NCBI GenBank assembly: GCA_045656765.1
Contig: JAZORU010000030.1
Coordinates: forward strand, 1,728 to 65,727
Source of the DNA: Eubacteriales bacterium
GTDB lineage: Bacteria > Bacillota > Clostridia > Oscillospirales > CAG-272
Length of the DNA: 64,000 nucleotides
Reading direction: 5' to 3'
Shown here: positions 8,240-16,752 of the stretch, piece by piece
Layout: every line of letters starts with the position of its first letter
Numbering within the stretch: the stretch's first letter is position 1
Program-made: the position numbers and the translations under genes
Notes under the pieces: model-generated
Seen by the model: the letters and a program-made list of their open reading frames with translations, nothing else
Told to the model about the DNA's origin: nothing
Databases searched by the model: none

Positions 8240-8312
8240 AATATTACATAATACGGATTACGTAGTACGTCCCGCATTATCCGTTTTTGCAAAGCTAAAG
8301 AAAGGAACAAAA

Positions 8313-8477
8313 TTGATCAACTTTATATGGATTTTAACTGTAATTTGTGTTTTGACAATTGTTGCAAAGGTATGTTACGACGTATGCCTTTTTCTGAAAG
8401 CCTCTTCGAAATTTGCGAATAAAAGCGCTGAGAATGAAAACGACAGTTGTTTAGACTGCGAAATCGAAAAAGGGTAA
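8313..8477 (+). CDS. Small single-TM hypothetical protein (54 aa)
   Basis: TTG start 8313 after AAAGGA RBS; MINFIWILTVICVLTIVAKVCYDVCLFLK hydrophobic N-terminus; 3' part of listed ORF 8133-8477. Confidence 0.55.
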   Translation: MINFIWILTVICVLTIVAKVCYDVCLFLKASSKFANKSAENENDSCLDCEIEKG

Positions 8478-8483
8478 GACGTT

Positions 8484-8759
8484 ATGTCGGAGCTTAAAAT
8501 ATTAACGTCAGACGGCTTTTTCCTGCTGATAATTGTTTTGTTTTTTGCGGTGATCTTTTTCGTTGGTTTAGTAAACTACGTAGCGCAGTATATTGAAGCC
8601 TTAAATGACCTGAGAAGATCTTTATACAACTCGGAGAGCGAAGAGGAGTACAGATACTGGAAGCGGGAGCTTAGGATATACCGTCTGTGCATTATTCCGT
8701 TTATGACGCCTCAAAGAATAAAAAAGCTTCTCAAAATCTTCGGGATAAAGGCCGAATAA
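8484..8759 (+). CDS. Small membrane hypothetical protein (91 aa)
   Basis: ATG 6 nt after previous stop; N-terminal TM helix GFFLLIIVLFFAVIFFVGLV, then charged helix and EEEYRYWKRELR. Confidence 0.7.
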   Translation: MSELKILTSDGFFLLIIVLFFAVIFFVGLVNYVAQYIEALNDLRRSLYNSESEEEYRYWKRELRIYRLCIIPFMTPQRIKKLLKIFGIKAE

Positions 8760-8787
8760 AAAGTCAACAGTCTATTTTTTCATACAA

Positions 8788-8946
8788 AATCCTGCTGTCT
8801 GATGAAGTCGGGCATAACAGAGCCGTCGTCCCTTAAATGATCCTTCACACACTAATCATCCTTCACACAAACTCTCTAAAAGCGAAGGCTCTCCGACCGT
8901 GACGGGCAACAGAATTGCAAAAAAGCACCTTTTGGGGTGCTTTTTT
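8788..8946 (+). ncRNA. Candidate structured non-coding RNA (long irregular stem, ~50-nt G-poor loop with duplicated ATCCTTCACACA) ending in a terminator
   Basis: CTGCTGTCTG/CGGGCAACAG, GTCGG/CCGAC, AGAGCC/GGCTCT, TCG/CGA nested pairings; 12-nt repeat at 8840 and 8858; AAAAAAGCACCT-tttg-GGGTGCTTTTTT terminator. Confidence 0.55.
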
Positions 8947-9049
8947 GTTTGCACAATTACAAATAACAGCTTTCTCTTGTCTACCGCTTGAAATCGGGAG
9001 GCTTTTGATATATAATATATTAAGAAACGTCATGTGAAAGGCGCAAGGT

Positions 9050-9775
9050 ATGAAAGAAATACATCAAAGAACGGTATCTCTTATAGGGGAAGCGGCGCAT
9101 AGGAGGATAGAGGCCTCGCGCGTGCTTATCTTCGGTATCGGGGGCGTGGGCGGACATTTGTGCGAGGCGCTTGCCCGTGCGGGCGTGGGAAGTCTGACGC
9201 TCGTTGACTCGGACACGGTCTCGCTTTCAAACATAAACAGACAGCTTTTTGCGCTTCATTCAACGGTCGGGATGAAAAAGGTCGAGGCGGCAAAGGCGAG
9301 GATAAGGGACATCAATCCCGACGTCGAGGTTGTGGCGATAGACGAGTTCTTTCTGCCCGAATGCTCGGACAGGTTTGATTTTACACAATACGACTACGTG
9401 GCTGATTGCATTGATACCGTCAGCGGAAAAATCGAGATAGCCGTAAAGGCAGACAGAGAAGGCGTGCCCGTGATAAGCGCTATGGGTGCGGCAAATAAGC
9501 TTCACGCGGATGCTTTCGAGGTGAGCGATATATATAAGACGTCGGTGTGTCCGCTTGCCCGCGTGATGAGGACCGAGCTTAAAAAGCGCGGAGTGAGAAA
9601 GCTAAAGGTGGTATATTCGAGGGAAGAAGCGAAAAAACCGCTTTTGGATGAGTGCGACCGGCTCGGCAGGCGCGTGCCTGCGAGCATTTCCTACGTTCCG
9701 AGCGCAGAGGGGCTTATAATGGCACAGGAAATACTGCTTGATCTTATAGCGGACTGTCCGCGAGACGAGCAGTAA
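9050..9775 (+). CDS. tcdA: tRNA threonylcarbamoyladenosine dehydratase (ThiF/MoeB family)
   Basis: GIGGVG, DSDTVSLSNINRQ, DCIDT, SAMGAANK, DIYKTSVCPLARVMR, VVYSREE. Confidence 0.88.
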   Translation: MKEIHQRTVSLIGEAAHRRIEASRVLIFGIGGVGGHLCEALARAGVGSLTLVDSDTVSLSNINRQLFALHSTVGMKKVEAAKARIRDINPDVEVVAIDEFFLPECSDRFDFTQYDYVADCIDTVSGKIEIAVKADREGVPVISAMGAANKLHADAFEVSDIYKTSVCPLARVMRTELKKRGVRKLKVVYSREEAKKPLLDECDRLGRRVPASISYVPSAEGLIMAQEILLDLIADCPRDEQ

Positions 9776-9796
9776 AGTGAAAACGCATATAATCAA

Positions 9797-9832
9797 AAAT
9801 TCCCGCAAGCCAAAAACGGCTTGCGGGAATTT
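9797..9832. terminator. Bidirectional terminator between convergent tcdA and Crp/Fnr genes
   Basis: AAATTCCCGCAAGCC-aaaaac-GGCTTGCGGGAATTT. Confidence 0.75.
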
Positions 9833-9869
9833 GTTGTTTTGGTGTTGTTTTGTTTGGGCTTTTGGGTTT

Positions 9870-10526
9870 TTATCTCACGTATTTTTTCAGCTTTATGTGA
9901 GAGCCTTTGGCGTCAAGTATTCCCTCGTCCTTTAGCTTTTTCATCTCGCGCATCATGGCGCTTCGGTCGGCGCACAGATATTTCGACAGGTCGGAGAGGG
10001 TGATATTTATATTGAACTCGGCACTTTGCACGTCGTTTGCACAAAGAGAAAAGTAAGATAGGAGCTTGTCGCGCAGGCTCTTTTTCGATATTATCGAGAG
10101 ACGGCGTGTGTCGGCTTGCGACTGTGCAACTATCAGTCGGTAGAGATTTCTTGAAAAGCGCACGTGTATGGGGCATACGTTTTCGCAAAAGTCGCTGATA
10201 CGTTCAAAATCGGTATAGGCTACGGTGCAGTCGGTTTTCGCTTCTATAACGTAGTAATCGTCGGCAGACTCAGTCAAAAACATAGAGCCGAATACTCCCT
10301 CGCCCAAATACATCTGTGTAAAGTAGGTCTCGCCTTCAACGTCGCAGAGCGAAAGCTGAGCCACCCCTTCGATAATTACGCCGACCGTGCGCGCGGAGAG
10401 TGTGTCGGAGGGAAACTGTGCCACCGTCATGCCCGCGTCATATTTTCTTATCTTCGCGCCGAAGCACCCGAGCACCTCGTTTATCTGCGCCCTGTCAAGC
10501 CCGTCGTAAAGTATGCTTGCCTTCAC
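9870..10526 (-). CDS. Crp/Fnr family transcriptional regulator
   Basis: cNMP-binding-like N-domain, CENVCPIH motif, SLRDKLLSYF and LSKYLCADRSAMMREMKKLKDEG HTH. Confidence 0.9.
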   Translation of the reverse strand: MKASILYDGLDRAQINEVLGCFGAKIRKYDAGMTVAQFPSDTLSARTVGVIIEGVAQLSLCDVEGETYFTQMYLGEGVFGSMFLTESADDYYVIEAKTDCTVAYTDFERISDFCENVCPIHVRFSRNLYRLIVAQSQADTRRLSIISKKSLRDKLLSYFSLCANDVQSAEFNINITLSDLSKYLCADRSAMMREMKKLKDEGILDAKGSHIKLKKYVR

Positions 10527-10581
10527 TCTCTCGCCCCCTTTTTGCGTCCGCGTTTTTTCTTTAATTCTATTCTAACATACA

Positions 10582-10626
10582 ACTGTTGCATTTGCAACAG
10601 TATTTTTTTATACCTTAAAGTATAAT
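10582..10626 (+). promoter_or_regulatory. Palindromic operator ACTGTTGCA-tt-TGCAACAGT plus TATAAT upstream of nrdD
   Basis: Palindrome 10582-10601; TATAAT 10621-10626 without a good -35 at 17 nt. Confidence 0.7.
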
Positions 10627-10671
10627 ATTTATTGACACGAAAATACCGTAAAATGATGAAAGGAAAAGAGT

Positions 10672-12795
10672 ATGCAGGTAGTAAAGAGAGACGGAAGCAC
10701 GGTTGCGTTTGACCGTACTAAAATTATGCTCGCAATACAGAAGGCAAACGCAGAGGTAGAGCCTGCGGAGAGGGCAACTGCCGAGCAGATAGAGGAAATA
10801 ATCGAGCATATTGAGGGAAAGCATCGCCAGAGAATGCTCGTTGAGGACATTCAGGATATTATAGAGAAGCGTCTTATGATGTACGGCAAGCTCACCTTGG
10901 CCAAGACCTACATCATATACAGATACACGAGAGCTCTGGTGCGCCGTGCAAACACGACCGACGAGAGTATTCTTTCGCTGATACAAAACAGCAATAAGGA
11001 CGTAATGGAGGAAAACTCTAACAAAAACGCGATTATAGCGTCTACCCAGCGCGACCTTATTGCAGGAGAGGTCTCAAAGGACCTTACACGCAGGATCCTT
11101 CTTCCCGAAAAGATATCGAAGGCGCACGACGAGGGAGTTTTGCACTTCCACGATGCAGACTATTTCCTTCAGCCCATTTTCAACTGCTGCCTTGTAAATA
11201 TCGGGGATATGCTCGACAACGGCACGGTTATGAACGGCAAGCTTATAGAAAGCCCGAAGAGCTTTCAGGTTGCCTGCACGGTAGTAACGCAGATAATTGC
11301 AGCCGTCGCATCCAGCCAATACGGCGGTCAGTCGGTTGACATAAGACACCTTGGCAAGTACCTGCGCCGTTCACGTGAGAAGTTCTATGCCCAGATAAAG
11401 AAAAAGCACCCCGAGCTTGACGAGGCAACCGTACAGACTTTGACAGAGGAAAGAACCCGCGACGATCTTCGCTCGGGAGTGCAGACTATACAGTATCAGA
11501 TAAACACGCTTATGACGACAAACGGACAGTCCCCGTTCGTTACGCTTTTCCTTTACATTGATGAAAATGACGAGTACGTAGAGGAAAACGCGGCTATTAT
11601 CGAGGAGATACTTCGTCAGAGATACGAGGGAATCAAAAACGCGACGGGAGTTTACGTTACCCCCGCGTTCCCGAAGCTCGTTTACGTGCTTGACGAGTGC
11701 AACTGTCTCGGCGGCGGTAAGTACGACTATATCACCAAGCTCGCGGTAAAATGCTCGGCAAAGCGCCTTTACCCCGACTATATTTCCGCAAAGAAGATGC
11801 GCGAAAACTACGAGGGCAACGTGTTCAGCCCCATGGGATGCCGTTCCTTCCTTGCGCCCTGGAAGGACAAGGACGGAAAATACAAGTTTGAAGGACGTTT
11901 CAATCAGGGCGTCGTTTCGATAAACCTTCCCCAGATAGGAATTATCGCAAAGGGCGACCGTGAGAAGTTCTGGCAGCTCTTTGACGAGAGGCTTGAGCTT
12001 TGCTATGAGGCACTTATGTGCCGTCACGAAGCACTCAAGAAGGTCACCAGCGACGTAAGCCCTGTTCACTGGCAGTACGGCGCGCTTGCGAGATTCGGCA
12101 AGGGCGAGAGCATCGAGCCGCTTCTCTATGGCGGTTATTCGTCAATTTCGCTTGGATATATCGGTCTTTACGAGCTGACAAAGCTGATGTGCGGTGTCAG
12201 TCACACGCACCCCGACGGCCGCGAGTTTGCTCTTGAGGTAATGAACCACATGAGAGAAGCGACTGACAGATGGAAGAGGGAGACCAACATCGGCTTTGCT
12301 CTTTACGGCACGCCCGCAGAGTCGCTTTGCTACCGCTTTGCAAGAATAGATGCGGAGCGCTTCGGCACGATAGAGGACGTAACCGACAAGGGCTATTACA
12401 CCAACTCCTACCACGTAGACGTGCGCGAGGACATTGATGCATTCAAGAAGTTTGAATACGAAACGCAGTATCAGCGCATTTCCTCTGGCGGTGCTATCTC
12501 TTACTGTGAGATACCCAATATGCGCCATAACCTGAAGGCTCTTGAAGAGGTAGTTAAGTATATCTACGAAAACGTACAGTACGGCGAGTTTAACACAAAG
12601 AGCGACTACTGTCAGGTATGCGGCTACGACGGCGAGATAATTATAAACGACGAGGGCGAGTGGGAGTGTCCGCAGTGTCACAACAAGGACCACGCGAAGA
12701 TGAACGTTACCCGCCGCACCTGCGGTTATCTCGGCGAGAATTTCTGGAACGTCGGAAAAACCAAGGAGATCAAGGCAAGGGTGCTTCACCTTTAA
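10672..12795 (+). CDS. nrdD: Anaerobic (class III) ribonucleoside-triphosphate reductase
   Basis: ATP-cone (VVKRDG), NCCL, MGCRSFL, GTPAESL, YYTNSYH, CxxC pairs, RRTCGYLG glycyl-radical loop. Confidence 0.97.
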   Translation: MQVVKRDGSTVAFDRTKIMLAIQKANAEVEPAERATAEQIEEIIEHIEGKHRQRMLVEDIQDIIEKRLMMYGKLTLAKTYIIYRYTRALVRRANTTDESILSLIQNSNKDVMEENSNKNAIIASTQRDLIAGEVSKDLTRRILLPEKISKAHDEGVLHFHDADYFLQPIFNCCLVNIGDMLDNGTVMNGKLIESPKSFQVACTVVTQIIAAVASSQYGGQSVDIRHLGKYLRRSREKFYAQIKKKHPELDEATVQTLTEERTRDDLRSGVQTIQYQINTLMTTNGQSPFVTLFLYIDENDEYVEENAAIIEEILRQRYEGIKNATGVYVTPAFPKLVYVLDECNCLGGGKYDYITKLAVKCSAKRLYPDYISAKKMRENYEGNVFSPMGCRSFLAPWKDKDGKYKFEGRFNQGVVSINLPQIGIIAKGDREKFWQLFDERLELCYEALMCRHEALKKVTSDVSPVHWQYGALARFGKGESIEPLLYGGYSSISLGYIGLYELTKLMCGVSHTHPDGREFALEVMNHMREATDRWKRETNIGFALYGTPAESLCYRFARIDAERFGTIEDVTDKGYYTNSYHVDVREDIDAFKKFEYETQYQRISSGGAISYCEIPNMRHNLKALEEVVKYIYENVQYGEFNTKSDYCQVCGYDGEIIINDEGEWECPQCHNKDHAKMNVTRRTCGYLGENFWNVGKTKEIKARVLHL

Positions 12796-12804
12796 TATTG
12801 TGAT

Positions 12805-13329
12805 ATGAACTATGCAACGATAAAGAAAAACGACGTGGCAAACGGCCCTGGCATCCGAGTATCGCTTTTCGTGTCGGGTTGCCGCCACGCATGCCCGGGC
12901 TGCTTTAACCGCGAGGCATGGGATTTCGGCTACGGCGAGAAATACTCGAAGGAAACAGAAGAAGAGATACTCGACGCGTGCGATAAGCCCTATATAGAGG
13001 GACTGTCGCTTCTCGGCGGAGAGCCCTTTGAGCGCGAAAACCAAGCACAGACGGCAGAGCTTTTGCGTGCGTTTCGCACACGCTTCCCAAATAAAAGCGT
13101 GTGGTGCTACACGGGCTTTACGCTTGAGGAGCTGAAAGGTGGCTCTCGCGCAAGCTCGCCCACAGCCGACGAGATGCTCTCGCATATCGACGTGCTCGTC
13201 GACGGCAGATTTATAGAGGCAAAGAAGGACCTGTCGCTTCGTTTTCGCGGCTCGTCAAACCAACGCATTATAGATATGAAGAAAACGGCAGAAGCAAAGA
13301 GCATAGTTCCGTGGACGGACGAGGAATAA
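12805..13329 (+). CDS. nrdG: Anaerobic RNR activating protein
   Basis: NGPGIRVSLFVSGCRHACPGCFN radical SAM motif, LGGEP, FRGSSNQR. Confidence 0.97.
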   Translation: MNYATIKKNDVANGPGIRVSLFVSGCRHACPGCFNREAWDFGYGEKYSKETEEEILDACDKPYIEGLSLLGGEPFERENQAQTAELLRAFRTRFPNKSVWCYTGFTLEELKGGSRASSPTADEMLSHIDVLVDGRFIEAKKDLSLRFRGSSNQRIIDMKKTAEAKSIVPWTDEE

Positions 13330-13346
13330 AAAGGAGATAAAACGAA

Positions 13347-13790
13347 ATGAAACCTACTGTAAAAGTTAAGAAATTAAACGATAGAGCGCACCTTCCCACG
13401 CTCGGCTCGGAATTTGCGGCAGGAGCTGACCTTTACGCGATAATCGACGGAGAGCTCACCATAGCTCCGAGCGAGACGGTGCTCGTTCATACGGGACTCT
13501 CTATGGAAATACCCGTAGGATATGCAGGACTTATATACGCAAGAAGCGGACTCGCTTCAAAGAAGGGACTCGCCCCCGCAAACAAGGTGGGCGTGGTCGA
13601 TGCGGACTACAGAGGCGAAATTATGGTAGCGCTTCACAATCACTCGGCAGAGCCGCAGACTATCGGCGACGGCGAGAGGGTTGCCCAGCTCGTTATAGCA
13701 CCATTCCTTTCGGTAAATTACGAGGAAGCAGACGAGCTCTCGGACACCGCACGCGGCATAGGCGGCTTTGGCTCAACAGGGTCTAAATAA
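13347..13790 (+). CDS. dut: dUTP diphosphatase
   Basis: AAGADL, ARSGLA, GVVDADYRGE, RVAQLV, RGIGGFGSTG. Confidence 0.97.
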   Translation: MKPTVKVKKLNDRAHLPTLGSEFAAGADLYAIIDGELTIAPSETVLVHTGLSMEIPVGYAGLIYARSGLASKKGLAPANKVGVVDADYRGEIMVALHNHSAEPQTIGDGERVAQLVIAPFLSVNYEEADELSDTARGIGGFGSTGSK

Positions 13791-13980
13791 AAGTGCTCCA
13801 AACCGTTGCACAACATCGGTTTGGAGTGTTTTTTATCACCGCCGTGTCGATTTGTGTAAATCAAAAAATTCCCGCCCGTATTGAAAACTCGGCTCGCGTG
13901 TGGTAAAATAAATATATACAGCAATTATGCACAAGATATAGACAGGATAAAACACAAGCTAAAACAACGGAGTGTCAAAT

Positions 13981-15966
13981 ATGAGCCTTAAAATTCTAAA
14001 AATTGACCCGTATCTTATGCCGTATGAAAGCGACCTTGAGCTGAGAATGGAAAACTACCGGCAAAAGCGGGAGAGCCTGCTTTGCGGACAGTCTATAGCC
14101 GATTTCGCGCAGGGATATAAATATTTCGGAATACACAAGACCGAGCGCGGCTGGGTATACAGAGAGTGGGCGCCTGCGGCGGAGGATATGTATTTAACGG
14201 GCGACTTTTGCTCGTGGGATTTGTACGCGCACAAAATGACGCGGAAAGACGGCGGCGTTTTTGAGATATATCTTGACGGTGCCGACACGCTTAAGGTCGG
14301 AGACAAGGTGCAGGCGGTAGTTATCCACAACGGCGAGACCCTTCGCCGCATCCCTACCTACGCTACGAGAGTAGTGCAGGACAAGGAGACTTATCTCTGG
14401 TGTGCCGAGGTAGACGACGTGCTCTGCGACGGCTTCAAGTGGACTGACGGGAGCTTTTGCCGCGCGCGCACGCCTATTATATACGAGTGCCATATCGGAA
14501 TGGCGCAGGAGGAGGGCAAGGTAAGCTCGTACAGAGAGTTTACAAAATATACTCTTCCGCGAATAAAAGCGCTCGGCTACAACACGATACAGATAATGGC
14601 GATAATGGAGCATCCCTATTACGGCTCGTTTGGATATCAGGTGTCAAACTTTTTTGCCGCATCCTCGCGCTACGGCAAAAGCTCGGAGCTAAAGGAACTT
14701 ATAAACACCGCGCACAAGCTCAAAATCGCCGTGCTTCTTGACGTAGTTCACTCGCACGCCGTAAAAAATACGAGCGAGGGACTCAACCAATTTGACGGCA
14801 CCGAGTATCAGTTCTTCCACGAGGGCGAGCGTGGTGAGCATTCCGCGTGGGGCACGAAGCTCTTTAACTACGCAAAGGACGAGGTGCTTCACTTCCTTCT
14901 GTCAAACCTGCGCTTCTGGATGGAGGTCTATCATTTCGACGGATTCCGCTTCGACGGTGTAACGAGTATGCTCTACCGTGACCACGGACTCGGCTCTGCT
15001 TTTACCGATTACAGTATGTATTTTTCGCTTAATACCGATACGGAGGCTGTTACCTATCTTCAGCTTGCGAATGAGCTTGTGCACGAACTCAATCCAAACG
15101 CGCTTACGGTAGCTGAGGATATGTCGGGAATGCCGGGTATGTGCCTTCCCATATCGGATGGCGGCATCGGCTTTGACTACAGGCTGAATATGGGCTTGCC
15201 TGACCTGTGGATAAAACTGATAAAGGAACGGCGCGACGAGGACTGGGATATGTGGCAGCTCTGGCACGAGCTTACCACGAGCCGTCCGAAAGAAAAACGC
15301 ATAGGCTACGCGGAGTCGCACGACCAGGCGCTTGTCGGAGATAAGACTATAATGTTCCGCCTGTGCGACGCGGAGATGTATTCCGAGATGTCGAAGTATA
15401 GCCAAAGCCCGATAATAGAGCGCGCGATTGCCTTGCATAAGATGATACGGCTCGTGACCTCGTCTCTTGCGGGAGAGGGATATCTTAATTTTATGGGTAA
15501 CGAGTTCGGTCACCCCGAATGGATAGATTTTCCGCGCGAAGGAAACGGCTGGAGCTATCACTACTGCCGCCGCCAGTGGCATCTGTGCGACAGCGACGAG
15601 CTTAAGTACAAGTATCTTTACCGCTTCGACCGCGAAATGATAGGTATGCTTCGCCGCGAGAGACTTCTTACTAAAGCGGCGGTCAGCCGTTGGATACACG
15701 ACTCGGACAAGGTGCTTATATACTCGAAGGGCAGGTGTGTATTTGCCTTCAATTTCAATCCGACAAGCTCGTTTGAGGGATACTTTATCCCGACGGGCGA
15801 GGAGGGAGAGTACAAGGTTATCCTTTCAAGCGACGACGCGCGCTTCGGTGGACAGGGCAGAGTCGATACCGAGTACGTCTACACCGCAACGAAGGGCGAG
15901 GACGGCAGGACAGGGTTTATGTGTTATCTGCCGCAACGAAGTGCCATAGTGTTTCGTGGGATGTAA
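13981..15966 (+). CDS. glgB: 1,4-alpha-glucan branching enzyme (GH13)
   Basis: YREWAP, IYECHIGMA, EHPYYGSFGYQV, DVVHSHA, DGFRFDGVTSM, AEDMSG, YAESHDQ; ATG 13981 has a GGAG RBS. Confidence 0.93.
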   Translation: MSLKILKIDPYLMPYESDLELRMENYRQKRESLLCGQSIADFAQGYKYFGIHKTERGWVYREWAPAAEDMYLTGDFCSWDLYAHKMTRKDGGVFEIYLDGADTLKVGDKVQAVVIHNGETLRRIPTYATRVVQDKETYLWCAEVDDVLCDGFKWTDGSFCRARTPIIYECHIGMAQEEGKVSSYREFTKYTLPRIKALGYNTIQIMAIMEHPYYGSFGYQVSNFFAASSRYGKSSELKELINTAHKLKIAVLLDVVHSHAVKNTSEGLNQFDGTEYQFFHEGERGEHSAWGTKLFNYAKDEVLHFLLSNLRFWMEVYHFDGFRFDGVTSMLYRDHGLGSAFTDYSMYFSLNTDTEAVTYLQLANELVHELNPNALTVAEDMSGMPGMCLPISDGGIGFDYRLNMGLPDLWIKLIKERRDEDWDMWQLWHELTTSRPKEKRIGYAESHDQALVGDKTIMFRLCDAEMYSEMSKYSQSPIIERAIALHKMIRLVTSSLAGEGYLNFMGNEFGHPEWIDFPREGNGWSYHYCRRQWHLCDSDELKYKYLYRFDREMIGMLRRERLLTKAAVSRWIHDSDKVLIYSKGRCVFAFNFNPTSSFEGYFIPTGEEGEYKVILSSDDARFGGQGRVDTEYVYTATKGEDGRTGFMCYLPQRSAIVFRGM

Positions 15967-16141
15967 AAAACGTCCAGACCACGAAAAAAGAGAAAAACAA
16001 ATTAAAACACAAAAAGGACACAAATTTTCTCCTGTTGGTACTTTTATACACTCAAATTAAGGAATAAAAAGCCCAAAGCATGAAAAAAGAGGCTGCAGAG
16101 AACCTTTCGGTTTTCTGTAGCCTCAATTTTTTTATTTTCCC

Positions 16142-16333
16142 GCCCTGCCGTGTAATGCAAGTATGATAAACCCTGCTTGCGCAGGATGGTGCCCTCTCCC
16201 GTACTTTGTGCTTCCAACGTCCGCATATACCGCATGCGGTATATGCGGGAGGCCTGCATTCCCATAAGGGAAGTCCGGGCTCCCTTGTATATCTTGTGGG
16301 TTTTAAACTCACACTATCACGCACAGTGCAGGC
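16142..16333 (-). ncRNA. ssrS: 6S RNA (clostridial type)
   Basis: Minus strand CCTGCACTGTGCGTG...CACGGCAGGG terminal stem, AAGGGAGC and GAGAGGGCACCATCCTG...GCAGGGTTTA segments recognised as clostridial 6S-like; ~190 nt; ends approximate. Confidence 0.75.
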
Positions 16334-16363
16334 TGTACTAAGTATACGCAAAAGGGGGAATGA

Positions 16364-16645
16364 TTATTCGCCCTGGTCGTAATCTACCTCGTCGAAGAGC
16401 TCATCCTCGAAGAAGTCTGCTACCTTATCAAACTCATCGTCATCCTCGATGGTGATAAGAATATCCTCGCCTGCTTCGTCCTTGGTAAGCTTGAGAATAA
16501 CGTACTCGTCGCTCTCTTGCTCGGGAATGAGTGCGTAGTAGACGTTATCGTTCATCTCGACGCTTCCGATAAGCTCAAAGCGACTTTCGTTGCCCTCCTC
16601 GTCGGTCAGTGTATAAAACTCGCCTTCAAGTATCTCGTCTGCCAT
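16364..16645 (-). CDS. DUF1292 domain protein
   Basis: Acidic 93 aa; YTLTDEEGNESRFELI, YYALIP, LITIEDDDEFDKV. Confidence 0.88.
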   Translation of the reverse strand: MADEILEGEFYTLTDEEGNESRFELIGSVEMNDNVYYALIPEQESDEYVILKLTKDEAGEDILITIEDDDEFDKVADFFEDELFDEVDYDQGE

Positions 16646-16752
16646 TTTCTATTTCCTCCAAATTTTCGTTTGTTTTGTTTGTTCGCTCTTTAGTTATATT
16701 GTATCAGCGAAAGCTTTCGCTGTCAACAATTTTTATATCAAATATTTTGACA

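Larger units (their letters stand above)
7934..8263. mobile_element. Invertible DNA region bounded by three recombination sites (L 7934-7954; R1 8193-8213; R2 8245-8263)
   Basis: L AACGTAATCCGTATTATGTAG is the exact reverse complement of R1 CTACATAATACGGATTACGTT (21/21); R2 TACATAATACGGATTACGT is a 19-bp direct copy of R1; adjacent to tyrosine recombinase. Confidence 0.85.

Noticed and set aside
8047..8312. ORFs 8047-8310(-) and the 5' part of 8133-8477(+) with repeated peptides (LHNTDYV, RNPYYV)
   Set aside because: The peptide repeats are just translations of sites R1 and R2; the RBS supports a start at 8313.
6694..8800. Prophage/ICE integrated at tRNA-Val with attR at 8792
   Set aside because: Only 9 bp (CTGCTGTCT) match the tRNA 3' end, which is compatible with chance. 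There are no phage or conjugation genes, and the recombinase has its own adjacent inverted sites.
8799..8830. Hammerhead ribozyme (CTGATGA)
   Set aside because: No stem II followed by GAAA or matching cleavage triplet in the required arrangement.
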